Shown: one piece after another, positions 8,309-17,029 of the stretch | Numbering within the stretch: the first letter of the stretch is position 1 | Layout of the letters: the number at the start of each line of letters is the position of its first letter | Origin: a virus | Lineage: Duplodnaviria > Heunggongvirae > Uroviricota > Caudoviricetes | Length of the DNA: 24,770 nt | Direction: 5' to 3' (one strand) | IMG/VR virus record: IMGVR_UViG_3300020426_000391 | The notes under the pieces: generated by a model | Seen by the model: only the letters and a program-made list of their open reading frames with translations | Told to the model about the DNA's origin: nothing | Databases searched by the model: none | Program-made: the position numbers and the translations under genes

Positions 8309-9172
8309 TCACTTCGGGTCGTATTCGATGTGGATGTGGTTGGACGGGTTGTTCGTTCCGTAGTTCTCCCACATCACGTCATAGTTCGCACCGAGTGCGG
8401 CCTTCAGCGAGACCGCCCACTTGAGACAGCTGTTGACCGAATAGCCGTTGGCGGTGTTGCACCGGATATCGATCGCCCGCCCGCTGTTGTGGAGAGAAGA
8501 CCCGCCGCGGTCGTCCTGTCCGGAGGTCATGACCGCATCGAGACCCATCATCCTTCCGGTGATGTTGATCTCGTCGATTATCATGACGATCGAGGAATGG
8601 AGGCCACCGAGCTTGTTCACTTCGGTGTTCTTCACGGCCATCCTCTGGCCACCGATCGTCCTGATGCTCGTGCCGGCCGGATTGCGCGGTTGTGGGTAGC
8701 TCTTCACCTCGCGCAGGTTCTGCATCGAGTATCCGCGCGTCAGCTGCGCCACGTGGAAGCGGCCGCTCACCCTGACGTTGTTCGGATCGGGATTGCGTAG
8801 ATACTGACCGGCGGAGAGTTCGTTGCCTCCTCCGGTGGAGGGCGGGGTGGGCGTGGGAGTGGGATTCGGAGTGGGAGAGGGCGGGACGGGCTGCACCACG
8901 GGATTTCCGGTGAAGACCGGATCCGGCTGATCCGGATCACCTGTTCCCGGTTCTCCGGGGGTTCCAGGCTGTGCAGGGCCTCCTGACCCGCCACCAGCAT
9001 CGGTTCCGGGATTGCTCGACGCCGGAGGGTCGATGCCCATGTCCGACATGATCTGGGCGCACTCCTCGTCGGTCGGCATCGGCAATGCCTGCGCGTGCGC
9101 CAGCGACGGAAGACCGATCGCGAGCGTGAATGCCGAGGCCCTCATGAGCCATTGTGTCCTGGAGGATTTCAT
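8309..9172 (-). CDS. Secreted M15-like (Hedgehog/DD-peptidase fold) zinc peptidase with Pro/Thr/Gly linker, 287 aa
   Basis: Signal peptide ending AHA-Q; PG/PT-rich linker; C-terminal MTSGQD...SLHNSGRAIDIR (H-x6-D) and NHIHIEYDPK (HxH) zinc-ligand pattern. Confidence 0.8.
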   Translation of the reverse strand: MKSSRTQWLMRASAFTLAIGLPSLAHAQALPMPTDEECAQIMSDMGIDPPASSNPGTDAGGGSGGPAQPGTPGEPGTGDPDQPDPVFTGNPVVQPVPPSPTPNPTPTPTPPSTGGGNELSAGQYLRNPDPNNVRVSGRFHVAQLTRGYSMQNLREVKSYPQPRNPAGTSIRTIGGQRMAVKNTEVNKLGGLHSSIVMIIDEINITGRMMGLDAVMTSGQDDRGGSSLHNSGRAIDIRCNTANGYSVNSCLKWAVSLKAALGANYDVMWENYGTNNPSNHIHIEYDPK

Positions 9173-9207
9173 CGAGCGCCTCGCCTCTACCTTTGATACA
9201 GACGATC

Positions 9208-9236
9208 CTTATAGGATGCATTTTCGATTCGATGAA
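9208..9236 (-). promoter_or_regulatory. Putative sigma70-type promoter TTCATC-N17-TATAAG
   Basis: Lies in the AT-rich gap upstream of the M15 gene, with canonical 17-nt spacing. Confidence 0.4.
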
Positions 9237-9244
9237 AGATATTT

Positions 9245-10399
9245 TCAGGATGAACTGCGATCTTTCATGAGACGCAGGGCATCGGGACGCCGCAAAAGCC
9301 CCGTCCTCCGCTCCGATTCTGCTGGAAGGGGAACGGAAAGCACCGGTCCCGGTCCAGGGCGGAGATCGCATCCTATCTCCCTTCCCCATCCGAATCCGGA
9401 ACTGCCCTCATGGGCGCGATCGATAATCGCCTCGCTTCCCCGCAGGAGCCAGTGATCCATCAGGGAGTCCAGCCGCCGGCCTGCCATTCTCGGCATTGCA
9501 GTGCGTAGGGTTTCCGGGAGGCGGTGTCCGGTGAGGACCACGGAATGGTCGTCCCATTGGATCCTCTCGACGGATTGGTCATCGGGTATGATTGCGGCAT
9601 TGGCGAAGACCCTGTGTCCTATGGATCTGATGTTTAGATCGATCCGGTTGCCCTTACCGGTGATCTTTATCGTCGGTTTCCAGTCGAGGACGTATCCGAT
9701 CGTCTCGGCGTCCGTCCACATGCCCCATGCGGCAAGAGCTCCGGCGAGATCATCGGGAGACGCCTTTTCGTATTCCTCTCTGCTGCATTCCCAGAAATCA
9801 TCGAAGGCCGTCGCCTCACTCCAGTCATGGTGGGTCCTGTTCCTCAGGACCGCGACCAGTGCCCGCGCGGAAACGGGGGAGAATCCCACGGGGATGCTGC
9901 GTTCCCTCCCGGCTCCGAACTCGAGTGCGATGCGGGTGTTGACGGCGTGCTCCAGGAGTCCTTCGGTCTGCTCTAATATCTCGGAACCGTCGATGAGGTC
10001 GCCCCAGGGGGCGGTGTCCATGCGCGCCGGGTAGAGGACCACCTGCTCTTCCAGCGCGTCGAGCCGCAGATGGATCTTCGCATAGAGCGCTTCATTGGTC
10101 TCCAACATGCGGAGACTCTGCCATCCGAGCGGAGATTCGAGCGTGAAGAGATAGCGTGGAATCCTCTTCTGAGCGGTTCCCTCGTTGGCGCCGGGTATTA
10201 CGATTACCTTCCCGCCTATGGCGTCGAGCATCCACTTGATGGCGGTCAACGATGCGGCCGGGCTCGTCCGATTGTCACGCCTGTCCTGCCATCGCTGCGT
10301 GAAGGACCGCATCCGCGCGATCATCCCGACGGCGATGGCGCGTGTCTCCTGCTCAAGGAGCAGGGCGTCCATCTCATGGGTGTCGCGCGGTTGTTCCAT
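9245..10399 (-). CDS. Hypothetical protein, shared C-terminal module family (member 5), about 384 aa
   Basis: Start moved to the ATG at 10399 (SD GAAGGA). C-terminus QWDDHSVVLTGHRLPETLRTAMPRMAGRRLDSLMDHW. Confidence 0.78.
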   Translation of the reverse strand: MEQPRDTHEMDALLLEQETRAIAVGMIARMRSFTQRWQDRRDNRTSPAASLTAIKWMLDAIGGKVIVIPGANEGTAQKRIPRYLFTLESPLGWQSLRMLETNEALYAKIHLRLDALEEQVVLYPARMDTAPWGDLIDGSEILEQTEGLLEHAVNTRIALEFGAGRERSIPVGFSPVSARALVAVLRNRTHHDWSEATAFDDFWECSREEYEKASPDDLAGALAAWGMWTDAETIGYVLDWKPTIKITGKGNRIDLNIRSIGHRVFANAAIIPDDQSVERIQWDDHSVVLTGHRLPETLRTAMPRMAGRRLDSLMDHWLLRGSEAIIDRAHEGSSGFGWGREIGCDLRPGPGPVLSVPLPAESERRTGLLRRPDALRLMKDRSSS

Positions 10400-10410
10400 G
10401 GGTTGTCCTT

Positions 10411-10599
10411 CTACATGACGAGACGCGCGCCGAGGGACTCGAGTATTCCCCGTGCCTCCTCGATGTCGGGGTGATCCGAATTGCGCAGTCCGAGATTCCG
10501 ACCGAGCCACTGGATGTCCCTTTCGTCGGCGATCTTCGCCTTCTCGTTCGGGACATCCATGTTCGTCAGCAGGGTGCGCAGTCTGTCCATGTCTGCCAT
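10411..10599 (-). CDS. Small hypothetical protein, about 62 aa
   Basis: SD GAAGGAAAAC before the ATG at 10599. MADMDRLRTLLTNMDVP...WLGRNLGLRNSDHPDIEEA exactly fills the gap after recD2. Confidence 0.7.
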   Translation of the reverse strand: MADMDRLRTLLTNMDVPNEKAKIADERDIQWLGRNLGLRNSDHPDIEEARGILESLGARLVM

Positions 10600-10610
10600 G
10601 GTGTTTTCCT

Positions 10611-12776
10611 TCATCCTTGTTCGATCAGCTCCTTGAGCCGCGTATTGCGCAGATTTCCGTCGTCGAAGGAGACAGCCTGTCGTATGGCGCGCTTCTGGCC
10701 GATCACGTAGCAGCGCAGCTTCGCCCGGGTGATACCCGTGTTCAGCAGGGTGCGACGCAGCAGCTTCCAGTGCGATGTGGTCATGGGCATGACGACGACG
10801 TCGTATTCCGAGCCCTGTGCCTTGTGGACGGTCAGGGCCCATGCGAGAGCGAGTTCGCTCATCTGACCGCTCGTGTAGTCGAGGCGTCGCGGACCCGAGG
10901 GGGTCTCGATCTCGACGGTGGCGACCTGGTCCTTGCCCCGGCCCCGGATGGCCACGATCTTGCCGACGTCGCCGTTGAAGACATCGCGGCCGTCGCAGTT
11001 CTCGAGCTGGATCACTTCGTCACCGACATGGGCAGGCGCTCCGCCAGCGAGGCGGACGAGGGGATCGCTTTCCGTCGACTCGATGGCGAGACGTTCGTTG
11101 AGGGCGCTGGTGCCGGCTTCCGAGGCATGACCGGGCGTCAGGATCTGCACCTTGTTGCCCTGCGAGGTCTCCTTCAGGAAGATGCGTTCGACCTCCTTGG
11201 CGATGTCCTCGTTGTCGCGCTTCTCGATGAAGATGAGATCGTGACCCCATTCGGGCATGCGCCCCTCGCAGATCGCATCGGCACCGGCAGCGATAGCGGA
11301 GCCCTCCGTCTGACGCCTGTTCTCGGTCAGCTCCACGGTCGGGACGTTGCCTGCCGCGACGAGATCACCGAACACCCGGCCAGGACCGACCGATGCGATC
11401 TGGCGGGCATCACCGATGAAGAGGATCTGTGCCTCGCCCCATGCGCGACTGAACGCACCTGCGAGGTAGATGTCCAGCATGGAGGTCTCGTCGATGGCAA
11501 TGGCGTCGGCCTCGATCGGGTTCTCGTCGTTGTGCGTGAAACGCCCGTCGCTGCTGCCAAGCATCCGGTGCATGGTCTGCGCCCGGACGCCGGTCTTCTC
11601 CCGCATGCGTTGTGCGGCCTTGCCGGTCGGAGATCCGAGGTCGATCTTGCGCCCGAGCTCCTTCCAGCACCGCACGATGATGTCGAGCACCGTGGTCTTC
11701 CCGCGGCCGGGACCGCCCGTGATCACGCATAGCGGCTCGATCACGGCCATGATCGCCGCTTCGCGCTGGAGTTCGTTGAGTTCGATGCCGACTTCGCGTT
11801 GCTTGCGATCGACGATCTCCTCCGCCTCCTCTCGGGTGGCGAGCTTTTCGCAGGCGAGCTTGGCCAGGATCGCCCGTGCGACATCCGTCTCCTTCCAAGA
11901 GAGCTTCTGCAGGGCCCACCCCTTCTGGCCATTGACGTCGACGATGACAGCGCCGCCGCATGCACCCTGATCGAAACTGCGTGCGATCAGGGAGGCAGGC
12001 AGATCCGTGAGTGAACTCGTCTGCTGGACGATGTCGTTGACAGGCATCCAGCTGTGACCCTCGTCCTCCGCCTGTCTCAGGACGTCGCGGGCCGCCGCCA
12101 TGATCCGATGGTCGCTTTCCTTGTTCATTCCGGCGTTGGCGGCGATCTGGTCCGCAGTCCGGAAGGCGATGCCCTCTACTTCCATGATCAGACGGTAGGG
12201 ATCCTTCTCGATCACGCGCCCCGTCTCCGTTCCGAAGGTCTCGTAGATCTTGACACGTGTCTGTCGCCCGATGCCCAGTTCGGTGAGCTTGGGCCCGAAC
12301 TTCGCTTCGCCGTAGCGCGAGGTCAGGGCCGCACGCACGGCATCGTAGCGCTTGGCGAGGAGTTCCTTGGCCAGCGGATCCCCGCGCACGATGCGTTCGA
12401 CCGCATTCTCTCCGAGCCTGTCCGCGATGGCGGCTGCGCGGGCCTTCCCGATGCCTTCGATGCCCGCCTCGGAGATCCATTTCGCGAGAGCCTCGGTCGA
12501 ATCGAGCGGAGCGCTGATGACGCGCGCGTCGAACGCCTGGAGCTGGCTGCCGAAGCGGGGGTGGTTGGTCAGGCGCCCCTTCACCTCGAGCTTGTCGCCG
12601 ATGCCGAAGCCGACGAGGACACCGCGGCCCTTGATTGACATCTTCGATCCGTCGGCGAGTCGCAGCGAGAGGATCGCGAAACCGTCCGAGGTCGGGCCGG
12701 AGATGTAGCGCTCCACCTTGCCGGTGTAGGTCTTCGTGGCGGTGGCTGGGTTCGTCTTTCGGACTGCCTGGCTCAT
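10611..12776 (-). CDS. recD2: ATP-dependent RecD-like (RecD2) SF1B DNA helicase, 721 aa
   Basis: N-terminal OB-like and HhH-type segments (IEGIGKARA, DPYRL..EVEGIAFRTAD); Walker A ITGGPGRGKTT; DETSM; IGDARQIASVGPG; LTENRRQ; ALTVHKAQGSEY; TGITRAK. Confidence 0.95.
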   Translation of the reverse strand: MSQAVRKTNPATATKTYTGKVERYISGPTSDGFAILSLRLADGSKMSIKGRGVLVGFGIGDKLEVKGRLTNHPRFGSQLQAFDARVISAPLDSTEALAKWISEAGIEGIGKARAAAIADRLGENAVERIVRGDPLAKELLAKRYDAVRAALTSRYGEAKFGPKLTELGIGRQTRVKIYETFGTETGRVIEKDPYRLIMEVEGIAFRTADQIAANAGMNKESDHRIMAAARDVLRQAEDEGHSWMPVNDIVQQTSSLTDLPASLIARSFDQGACGGAVIVDVNGQKGWALQKLSWKETDVARAILAKLACEKLATREEAEEIVDRKQREVGIELNELQREAAIMAVIEPLCVITGGPGRGKTTVLDIIVRCWKELGRKIDLGSPTGKAAQRMREKTGVRAQTMHRMLGSSDGRFTHNDENPIEADAIAIDETSMLDIYLAGAFSRAWGEAQILFIGDARQIASVGPGRVFGDLVAAGNVPTVELTENRRQTEGSAIAAGADAICEGRMPEWGHDLIFIEKRDNEDIAKEVERIFLKETSQGNKVQILTPGHASEAGTSALNERLAIESTESDPLVRLAGGAPAHVGDEVIQLENCDGRDVFNGDVGKIVAIRGRGKDQVATVEIETPSGPRRLDYTSGQMSELALAWALTVHKAQGSEYDVVVMPMTTSHWKLLRRTLLNTGITRAKLRCYVIGQKRAIRQAVSFDDGNLRNTRLKELIEQG

Positions 12777-13291
12777 CGTCTTTTTCCTTCTTCGATCTGA
12801 ATGCTGTTTCCACTTCCCTCAGGAAGCGGTTCCGGCCATTTCCGCCATGTCGGCGGTGTGGGCTCGAGTATGATTCTGGTGCCGTTCGGCAGGTGCTCCA
12901 CGGTCTCTGCCCTGATTTTCCCTTCTCCGAGGATGGTCCGTCCGAGACACCTTTCGACTCCTCTTCCCGTCATGCCCAGAGCGAGAGACGCGGGGATCTG
13001 CGCGAGCAGCGTGATTGCCTGGGTCGCGTTGTATGGGCCGAGCACGGCCCGGCCCAGTGCGCTACCGAAGGTCGCGATGGGCATGCCGACCCTGTTGCCC
13101 GTGAGGCTCACTGTGCCTTCGAGCGGCAAGCGGACGCCATCGGGGATGAGAAGGGACGTATCGGTATCGAGGGATATCCGCCCGCCCCTTCCGAACCGGG
13201 CCACGTCGAGAGCCCGTCGGTGAAGAGCGGCGAGCATGTAGGCCTCGTCGATTCCCGCTTCTATGATGATTGTATCGAGGAGGCCCGTCAT
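12773..13291 (-). CDS. Hypothetical protein, shared C-terminal module family (member 6, short), about 172 aa
   Basis: SD GGAGG before GTG-ATG (13291); ATGA overlap with recD2. Contains AITLLAQIPASLALGMTGRGVERCL. Confidence 0.7.
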   Translation of the reverse strand: MTGLLDTIIIEAGIDEAYMLAALHRRALDVARFGRGGRISLDTDTSLLIPDGVRLPLEGTVSLTGNRVGMPIATFGSALGRAVLGPYNATQAITLLAQIPASLALGMTGRGVERCLGRTILGEGKIRAETVEHLPNGTRIILEPTPPTWRKWPEPLPEGSGNSIQIEEGKRR

Positions 13292-13311
13292 CACGAACGT
13301 GCCTCCTGCCC

Positions 13312-13800
13312 TCATAGGGGCTCTCCCTTCCATCGATGGAGCCGCCGGAAGGCTTCGTCCGGATGTGTCCTGACGTGGCTCCAAGCGGAACGATGGCATT
13401 CGAGACCGGCATTGCTGTAGGCGCTCTCGTCCAGGTTGAGGACCGGGTTCATTCCGTCCCTCAGGCATCTCTCGATGACGAGCTCCATACCCAGCCCCCT
13501 TCCTCGATGCGGCTCGTCCACGACGAGATCGCATGACAGGTAGCCTCCCGCGATGTCTCCTCGCGGGCAGATCAGCAGGACGCCGGCCGGGACGTCCCGG
13601 AAGCTGTATCCGGGCTCGAAGAGCGAAGGATACGACGCATCGCCGTCATCGGCGATTATGTCCTCCGGTGCGTATCGGGAGAAATCCTCAAGCAGCTGTG
13701 AGAGGCTCTTGGCGAAGATGTCGTCAATATCGAGGCGTCCTTCCTCCCCTTCGAGGAATTCGTCTTCGGAGAGGTCGAAGGGCTCCGGGAATCCAGTCAT
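13312..13800 (-). CDS. GNAT-fold acetyltransferase-like protein, 162 aa
   Basis: Acetyl-CoA-binding motif A pattern LVVDEPHRGRGLGMELV, later AYSNAG; strong SD GGGGAGG. Confidence 0.6.
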   Translation of the reverse strand: MTGFPEPFDLSEDEFLEGEEGRLDIDDIFAKSLSQLLEDFSRYAPEDIIADDGDASYPSLFEPGYSFRDVPAGVLLICPRGDIAGGYLSCDLVVDEPHRGRGLGMELVIERCLRDGMNPVLNLDESAYSNAGLECHRSAWSHVRTHPDEAFRRLHRWKGEPL

Positions 13801-13814
13801 TTTCCTCCCCTTTC

Positions 13815-13843
13815 ATGATGTTCGCTGGCGATTGCGGTCGCAA
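13815..13843 (-). promoter_or_regulatory. Putative sigma70-type promoter TTGCGA-N17-CATCAT
   Basis: The -35 box overlaps the U-tract of the preceding terminator; the -10 box fits the relaxed alphaproteobacterial xAxxxT pattern; directly upstream of the GNAT SD. Confidence 0.35.
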
Positions 13844-13864
13844 AAAAAGGAGGTTCCCCTCCTT
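13842..13864 (-). terminator. Rho-independent terminator
   Basis: Minus strand reads AAGGAGG-GGAA-CCTCCTT-TTTTT, starting at the stop codon of 13864..14748. Confidence 0.7.
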
Positions 13865-14748
13865 CAGTGGTATGCTTCCACGGCGACGAGGCTTCTGTGG
13901 TCTTCCGCCGTGGTCCTTATCGTGATCTCATCCTCATCCGTTGATATGGAGGTGATCTTCACGCCCAGGCCGGTGGCGGGGTGGTTCTCGATGAGGTGCT
14001 CGATGGGTCTTCCGACCATGGCGCTCCGTATCGTGTCCGGAATGCGCTGCTTGAGATGTATGCGTCCCTCGTGCTCGCCGTATCGGCCCATGTCGCTGAG
14101 GATCAGGTTCCCGATGCGCCTGGCACCTTCGAAGGGCAGTGTATCGGACTGGATCCGCCCCTTCATGAGCTTCGCGAAAGAGGTGCACCTATCCGTTGGT
14201 TCCCTGCTCGCCATGTCGATTGTGCATGCCCCGATGACGAGTGGGTCGACGAGCATCACGTAGCTCGCACTGTCGCGCAGGGCAGGCAGGCAATGCCTTA
14301 TCCGGGCTTCGTGCCTGTCGATCGCGTCGGCGATATCGAACGCCAGTCTCTCCATCTGCTGCCGGGACGTGGGGGTTGTCACACCGTCAAGGCTCCCTCG
14401 CAGTACGTCGAGATTCCATCTCTTCCTTTCCGAGGCTTCCATCAAAGCGCGGCACTGTCTTTCCATGTTGACCTTGTCCGAGATGCCTCCGGCCTCCTGC
14501 TTCAGGAGCGGTGTCACCCCGTCTCTCACCTCGATGGTGTGTCCGGCTACGCCGATGGCGAGCCCGGTGTCCGCACGTATGCTTCCGAGTTCCTTCCACA
14601 TCTCCTCGGAGATGTCTTTGAAGCGTCTCCCGTCATTGTCGCCCTTGTAGGCGCCCCATAGGGATATGACGGCCCTGCACACCCTCTCGATCTGGTCAGT
14701 CCTCCGCCCGACCTTTCCCGACGGCCCGTGTTCGCTCCATGGGATCAT
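13864..14748 (-). CDS. Hypothetical protein, shared C-terminal module family (member 7), about 294 aa
   Basis: ATGA coupling at 14745-14748. C-terminus HEGRIHLKQRIPDTIRSAMVGRPIEHLIENHPATGLGVKI. Confidence 0.78.
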   Translation of the reverse strand: MIPWSEHGPSGKVGRRTDQIERVCRAVISLWGAYKGDNDGRRFKDISEEMWKELGSIRADTGLAIGVAGHTIEVRDGVTPLLKQEAGGISDKVNMERQCRALMEASERKRWNLDVLRGSLDGVTTPTSRQQMERLAFDIADAIDRHEARIRHCLPALRDSASYVMLVDPLVIGACTIDMASREPTDRCTSFAKLMKGRIQSDTLPFEGARRIGNLILSDMGRYGEHEGRIHLKQRIPDTIRSAMVGRPIEHLIENHPATGLGVKITSISTDEDEITIRTTAEDHRSLVAVEAYH

Positions 14749-15602
14749 GGTCGTTCTCCGTTGGGATATGGTGGGGGCCTGAGTTCGATCAGCTGTCGGG
14801 GTTGCCAGGCATCGGTGTGGAGATGGAGCAGGCCACTCTGGTGATGCGTCATCCTCGTGACGTTGATGTCGAGGGATCTGCATCCTTCGAAATCCAGGAG
14901 CTCGGCTAGGCCTACGTTCCTGCGCAGCGTGATGCTGTCGGGGATGCGCGCATCTATCGGGACGATGTCCTCGCGAACGTCTCCGTCCCTGTCGACATGG
15001 AGAAGGTTCATGGTCCTCTGAACTCCCAGGAGAGAAAGAGCCCTCCTTGACCATCTGTCCTTCTGCTGGGACAGCCTCTCCTCGGCCATGCGGACGAGGA
15101 TCTGGATGGTTCTGTTCCTCACGCTGCGCCCCGTTGCGCGCGCCAGGACGAGGACGGCCATCCTGTCCGCCAGGAAGACATCGTTCCTTTCATGGTGCCG
15201 TGCGATCCCGTGGAGTGCCAGACACAGGCTCGTGGCCGCTGCCGCTTGCCTCCTCTCGTCAGCCCACTGCGTCACGGGAACACGACCTCGTCCGATCGCC
15301 TCGGCCGCCTTCGTGAACCGGTGCTGCATCTGGATGCAGCCTGCTTCGCTCTTGGGCATTCTCAACGTGAACACCTCCTTGTCGGGAAGGTGGACATGGA
15401 GGTAGGCGCTCTTCTCTCCGTTGTTGAAGTGCGAACTGACCCCTCCCATCGCTTTGGTCAGATCCTCACGGATCCGCGCGATGCTCGGAAAGTCGTGCCA
15501 GTATCCGTGGAGGAAGCGATTGATCAGGAGAACCACTTCGTCCAGTTCACGGTGATATCTCTCGTATCTTCCGGCCGGGAGCAGATGATCGATATCGTTC
15601 AT
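14745..15602 (-). CDS. Hypothetical protein, shared C-terminal module family (member 8), 285 aa
   Basis: ATGA couplings at both ends. C-terminus VREDIVPIDARIPDSITLRRNVGLAELLDFEG (lacks the G[RK] pair). Confidence 0.75.
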   Translation of the reverse strand: MNDIDHLLPAGRYERYHRELDEVVLLINRFLHGYWHDFPSIARIREDLTKAMGGVSSHFNNGEKSAYLHVHLPDKEVFTLRMPKSEAGCIQMQHRFTKAAEAIGRGRVPVTQWADERRQAAAATSLCLALHGIARHHERNDVFLADRMAVLVLARATGRSVRNRTIQILVRMAEERLSQQKDRWSRRALSLLGVQRTMNLLHVDRDGDVREDIVPIDARIPDSITLRRNVGLAELLDFEGCRSLDINVTRMTHHQSGLLHLHTDAWQPRQLIELRPPPYPNGERP

Positions 15603-16558
15603 CCGGAATTCTCCATGTTCATCACCATGGCTGTCAGCCTGGCGCGTCCGCAGGCGTCCGTCCGGATGCCGCTCACATTACCTTGCGATGTCGAATAGGT
15701 CTCCACGCGCTCGATCATGAGACCCAGGCCATCTGTCATGGGATGCTGGATGGCCTGCCTGAGTGGTTTGTCGGTGTATCCCGCCGCCTGGGTCTTGGTC
15801 ATCTCGAAGCGGAGCTTGACCGTGCCATCGGTGATGTAGTCAATCTGGGATCCGCCGAAGAATGACACGACCGAACGGGCGGAACCGTTCTCGATCGTTA
15901 TGGCTATGCTGCGGAGATCCGGGATGTCGCTCCCGTTGATCTGGTATTCCTCTCGCAGCAACGGACCATCGCCATGTTCCGTTACGATGCGCTGGAGGGT
16001 CCTTCTGGCCTTCTTGAGGTTGTCGGCCTCGTTTCCCCTGAGGGCACCGGCGAGGACGGCGTCATCCAGTATCACGTTGCGTCCCTCGTCCTCGCGGTCC
16101 TCCCTGGCTTCATGTATGAAGGCGAGCAGACGCAAGGTGATCGGATCGACGTCGAGGGTCAGGTATCGTGTACCTGGGGCCTGTCCCCTCTTCTCGCGCT
16201 CCAGCGCCCAGGCCATCATGGCCAGTTCCTTCACCTGACCGGCGGCGCGTTCGAAGTCGCCGTCGGGGGTCTCGCCCTCTTCCCACTTCGAGAGGATCCT
16301 GGCGATCTCCTCGTGGGTGGTGATCAGGGCCTCCGTGGAGGTGTAGTAGAGGATCTGCGGATCGGGGCTGATGTCACTGGCGTATCCGGCTTCGTAGTGC
16401 CAGGCATTCCCCTCCTGATTCAGCCTGCTGACTAGCCTTTCCAGGCTGCCACCCTCGTTTGCGAGTTCGAGCGTGCGTGTCACGCATTCCCCGATCTGGC
16501 GCATGTGGGCACGCAATCGTGCCGCATGTCCTAGTCGAGGCATGGTGGCTATGCTCAT
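15599..16558 (-). CDS. Hypothetical protein, shared C-terminal module family (member 9), 319 aa
   Basis: SD CAGGAG. C-terminus ITDGTVKLRFEMTKTQAAGYTDKPLRQAIQHPMTDGLGLMI. Confidence 0.78.
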   Translation of the reverse strand: MSIATMPRLGHAARLRAHMRQIGECVTRTLELANEGGSLERLVSRLNQEGNAWHYEAGYASDISPDPQILYYTSTEALITTHEEIARILSKWEEGETPDGDFERAAGQVKELAMMAWALEREKRGQAPGTRYLTLDVDPITLRLLAFIHEAREDREDEGRNVILDDAVLAGALRGNEADNLKKARRTLQRIVTEHGDGPLLREEYQINGSDIPDLRSIAITIENGSARSVVSFFGGSQIDYITDGTVKLRFEMTKTQAAGYTDKPLRQAIQHPMTDGLGLMIERVETYSTSQGNVSGIRTDACGRARLTAMVMNMENSG

Positions 16559-16627
16559 CTCCTGTCTTGCCTGAGGATATCCGTATCATGGATCGGCGCA
16601 TCGGGTGCTCCGTCCTTTTTCCGTTTC

Positions 16628-17029
16628 TCATCCCTTCTCGTATTCGAGGACGATGAGGGGTATGGGGATGTATCTCGTGGTCGTCGCCTTGCTTCCCCGG
16701 ATGACGGCATCCGAGAGGAAGGGGGCGACGTCATCGGGAAGCGATATGACATCCGCTATGCGTTTGCCATGCAGATTCCCTTCCACGAAGAACGTATCGG
16801 GCATGGTGAGACCGGTTATCGTGACACTCGATTGGATGCCTAAGGCCGAGATTGTCTCCTGCCAGGCCATCCGGTCTCGTGACATGCGGATGTGTCGACG
16901 AAAGGTGCTGTTCCGATATCGGATCCCCCAACCATCGGCGAAGAAGTCGGCCTTCGCGTCTTCCATGCTGCGACCTGTGTTCTCGATGATCGTCCGCAGG
17001 TAGGCGCTGAGGGCGGTCTCGGGTATCAT
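16628..17029 (-). CDS. Hypothetical protein, shared C-terminal module family (member 10, short), 133 aa
   Basis: ATGA coupling. C-terminus SSVTITGLTMPDTFFVEGNLHGKRIADVISLP. Confidence 0.72.
   Translation of the reverse strand: MIPETALSAYLRTIIENTGRSMEDAKADFFADGWGIRYRNSTFRRHIRMSRDRMAWQETISALGIQSSVTITGLTMPDTFFVEGNLHGKRIADVISLPDDVAPFLSDAVIRGSKATTTRYIPIPLIVLEYEKG

Noticed and set aside
8309-9172. Phage lysis cassette
   Set aside because: No holin, spanin or structural genes nearby; the enzyme has a signal peptide and a long linker.
10452-11732. Long plus-strand ORFs in the track (also 964..1833, 17395..18972, 19009..20304 and many shorter ones)
   Set aside because: They are antisense shadows of motif-bearing minus-strand genes in GC-rich DNA, with no recognisable motifs or SD sites.
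11410-12813. 467-aa minus-strand ORF in an alternative frame (and similar R/P/G-rich ORFs such as 477..737, 17099..17623, 19793..20311)
   Set aside because: Off-frame overlaps of real genes or terminators, with the Arg/Gly/Pro-rich composition typical of non-coding frames.
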